A stretch of DNA of 24,000 nucleotides, taken from Candidatus Caldarchaeum sp. (lineage in GTDB: Archaea > Thermoproteota > Nitrososphaeria_A > Caldarchaeales > Caldarchaeaceae). The stretch is taken from NCBI GenBank assembly GCA_038740895.1, contig JAVYLK010000020.1, positions 2,581 to 26,580 on the forward strand, given 5' to 3'. The position numbers and the translations under genes were made by a program. The notes beneath the pieces were generated by a model. The model was given only the letters and a program-made list of their open reading frames with translations. It was not told where the DNA came from and ran no database searches. Positions 23,525 to 24,000 of this stretch are shown here, piece after piece; position 1 is the first letter of the stretch; each line of letters opens with the position of its first letter.

Positions 23525-23650
23525 ATGGGCAGGCCTGTGTTGATAGAGTGGTGCCCGCACTGCAGCAATAGAGCTGTACCAAGCCTATGTTGGCATGGTT
23601 GTGTTCATAATAGTGGCCGGGGGTATACAGGTGGTGTGAAGGCTAGTTAA
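23525..23650 (+). CDS. possible 41-aa zinc-ribbon-like peptide
   Basis: Hand translation gives MGRPVLIEWCPHCSNRAVPSLCWHGCVHNSGRGYTGGVKAS, with CxxC-x8-CxxxC spacing. It is below the ORF-track cutoff, so support is weak. Confidence 0.3.
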   Translation: MGRPVLIEWCPHCSNRAVPSLCWHGCVHNSGRGYTGGVKAS

Positions 23651-23696
23651 AGCGGCTCAGGAGGCTGACAAACATGATGGTGTCAATCATTTGACA

Positions 23697-23704
23697 TTTA
23701 TATA
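23697..23704 (+). promoter_or_regulatory. strong orphan TATA box with no obvious downstream ORF
   Basis: 'TTTATATA' sits in an AT-rich stretch. No start codon occurs at the usual ~25-30 nt spacing, and no ORF of 62 aa or more lies downstream within the window. Confidence 0.35.
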
Positions 23705-23785
23705 GTTTTAGACAACTGTTGTAATACTGCTCCATATTTTTAGATAGCTGTCGAGGCAAAAAATTGTCATCAACACCACAACAAC

Positions 23786-23942
23786 CTACGGTGTTTCCTA
23801 CGTGTTATAACAGCCTACTGTGTTATTATGGGTTCTGCTGCTTTGGGCAAATTGGTGTTCGACGGCTGTCGTTGGTCTGAAACAACGCCTGATTCACGTA
23901 AGCTTCGGCTTTCTACACAGTGTTTTCTCCATGTGTTATGGT
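23786..23942. repeat. iteron-like direct repeats, core CTAC-n-GTGTT(T/A)T
   Basis: 23786-23811 'ctacggtgtttcctacgtgttataac', 23814-23831 'cctactgtgttattatgg', 23913-23942 'ctacacagtgttttctccatgtgttatggt'. Confidence 0.45.
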
Positions 23943-24000
23943 AGTACGTTTCGGAGAATTTTTGACGCCTTGAAACCCTGCCTAAATCCCTGAAGTTTCG

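Noticed and set aside
23700-24000. Possible CRISPR leader plus array at the window end (AT-rich leader-like stretch, GAAAC-ending motifs, repeated units).
   Set aside because: The repeated units differ in length and sequence and are irregularly spaced (3 nt and ~80 nt gaps). There is no repeat-spacer periodicity.
23815-24000. Minus-strand frame open for 61 codons from the window end to a TAG at 23815-23817 (possible C-terminus of a gene starting beyond 24000).
   Set aside because: The translation is Arg/Ser-rich and not protein-like. An open stretch of this length is not improbable by chance, and it overlaps the repeat units. This cannot be decided without downstream sequence.

Overview
This is an archaeal chromosomal segment, probably Thermoproteota/crenarchaeote-like. 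That call rests on a tRNA-Leu with a non-canonical intron and no encoded CCA, on A/T-rich TATA boxes centred about 25-30 nt upstream of most start codons (leaderless-type promoters), and on AGG/AGA/ATA-rich codon use. Bases 1-7151 hold a compact enzyme cluster: MBL-fold hydrolase, class A FAD monooxygenase, beta-hydroxyacid dehydrogenase, class V aminotransferase, UbiD-family decarboxylase and class III aminotransferase. Bases 7133-16638 hold two paralogous branched-chain-amino-acid-type ABC importers (binding protein + LivH/M/G/F-like) arranged head to head. Bases 16833-17071 hold a divergent tRNA pair: an intact intron-containing tRNA-Leu(CAG), and a promoter-equipped tRNA 5' fragment that stops in the anticodon loop. 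From 17.1 to 24 kb the region looks accessory. It contains a frameshifted gene remnant and a secreted protein, followed by an A+T-richer three-gene nuclease block. That block is a stand-alone PolB-type DEDDy exonuclease translationally coupled to a Cas4-like Fe-S nuclease with a long C-terminal extension, plus a DUF262/DUF1524 GmrSD-like enzyme. A Thr-rich surface protein, a run of very small ORFs and an ORF-free repeat-bearing tail follow. The exonuclease/Cas4-like pair, which has no CRISPR-Cas context, is my best candidate for an undescribed defence or mobile-element system. I saw no CRISPR array, rRNA, or intact integrase/transposase. All calls come from reading the sequence and the ORF track by eye; no searches were run.
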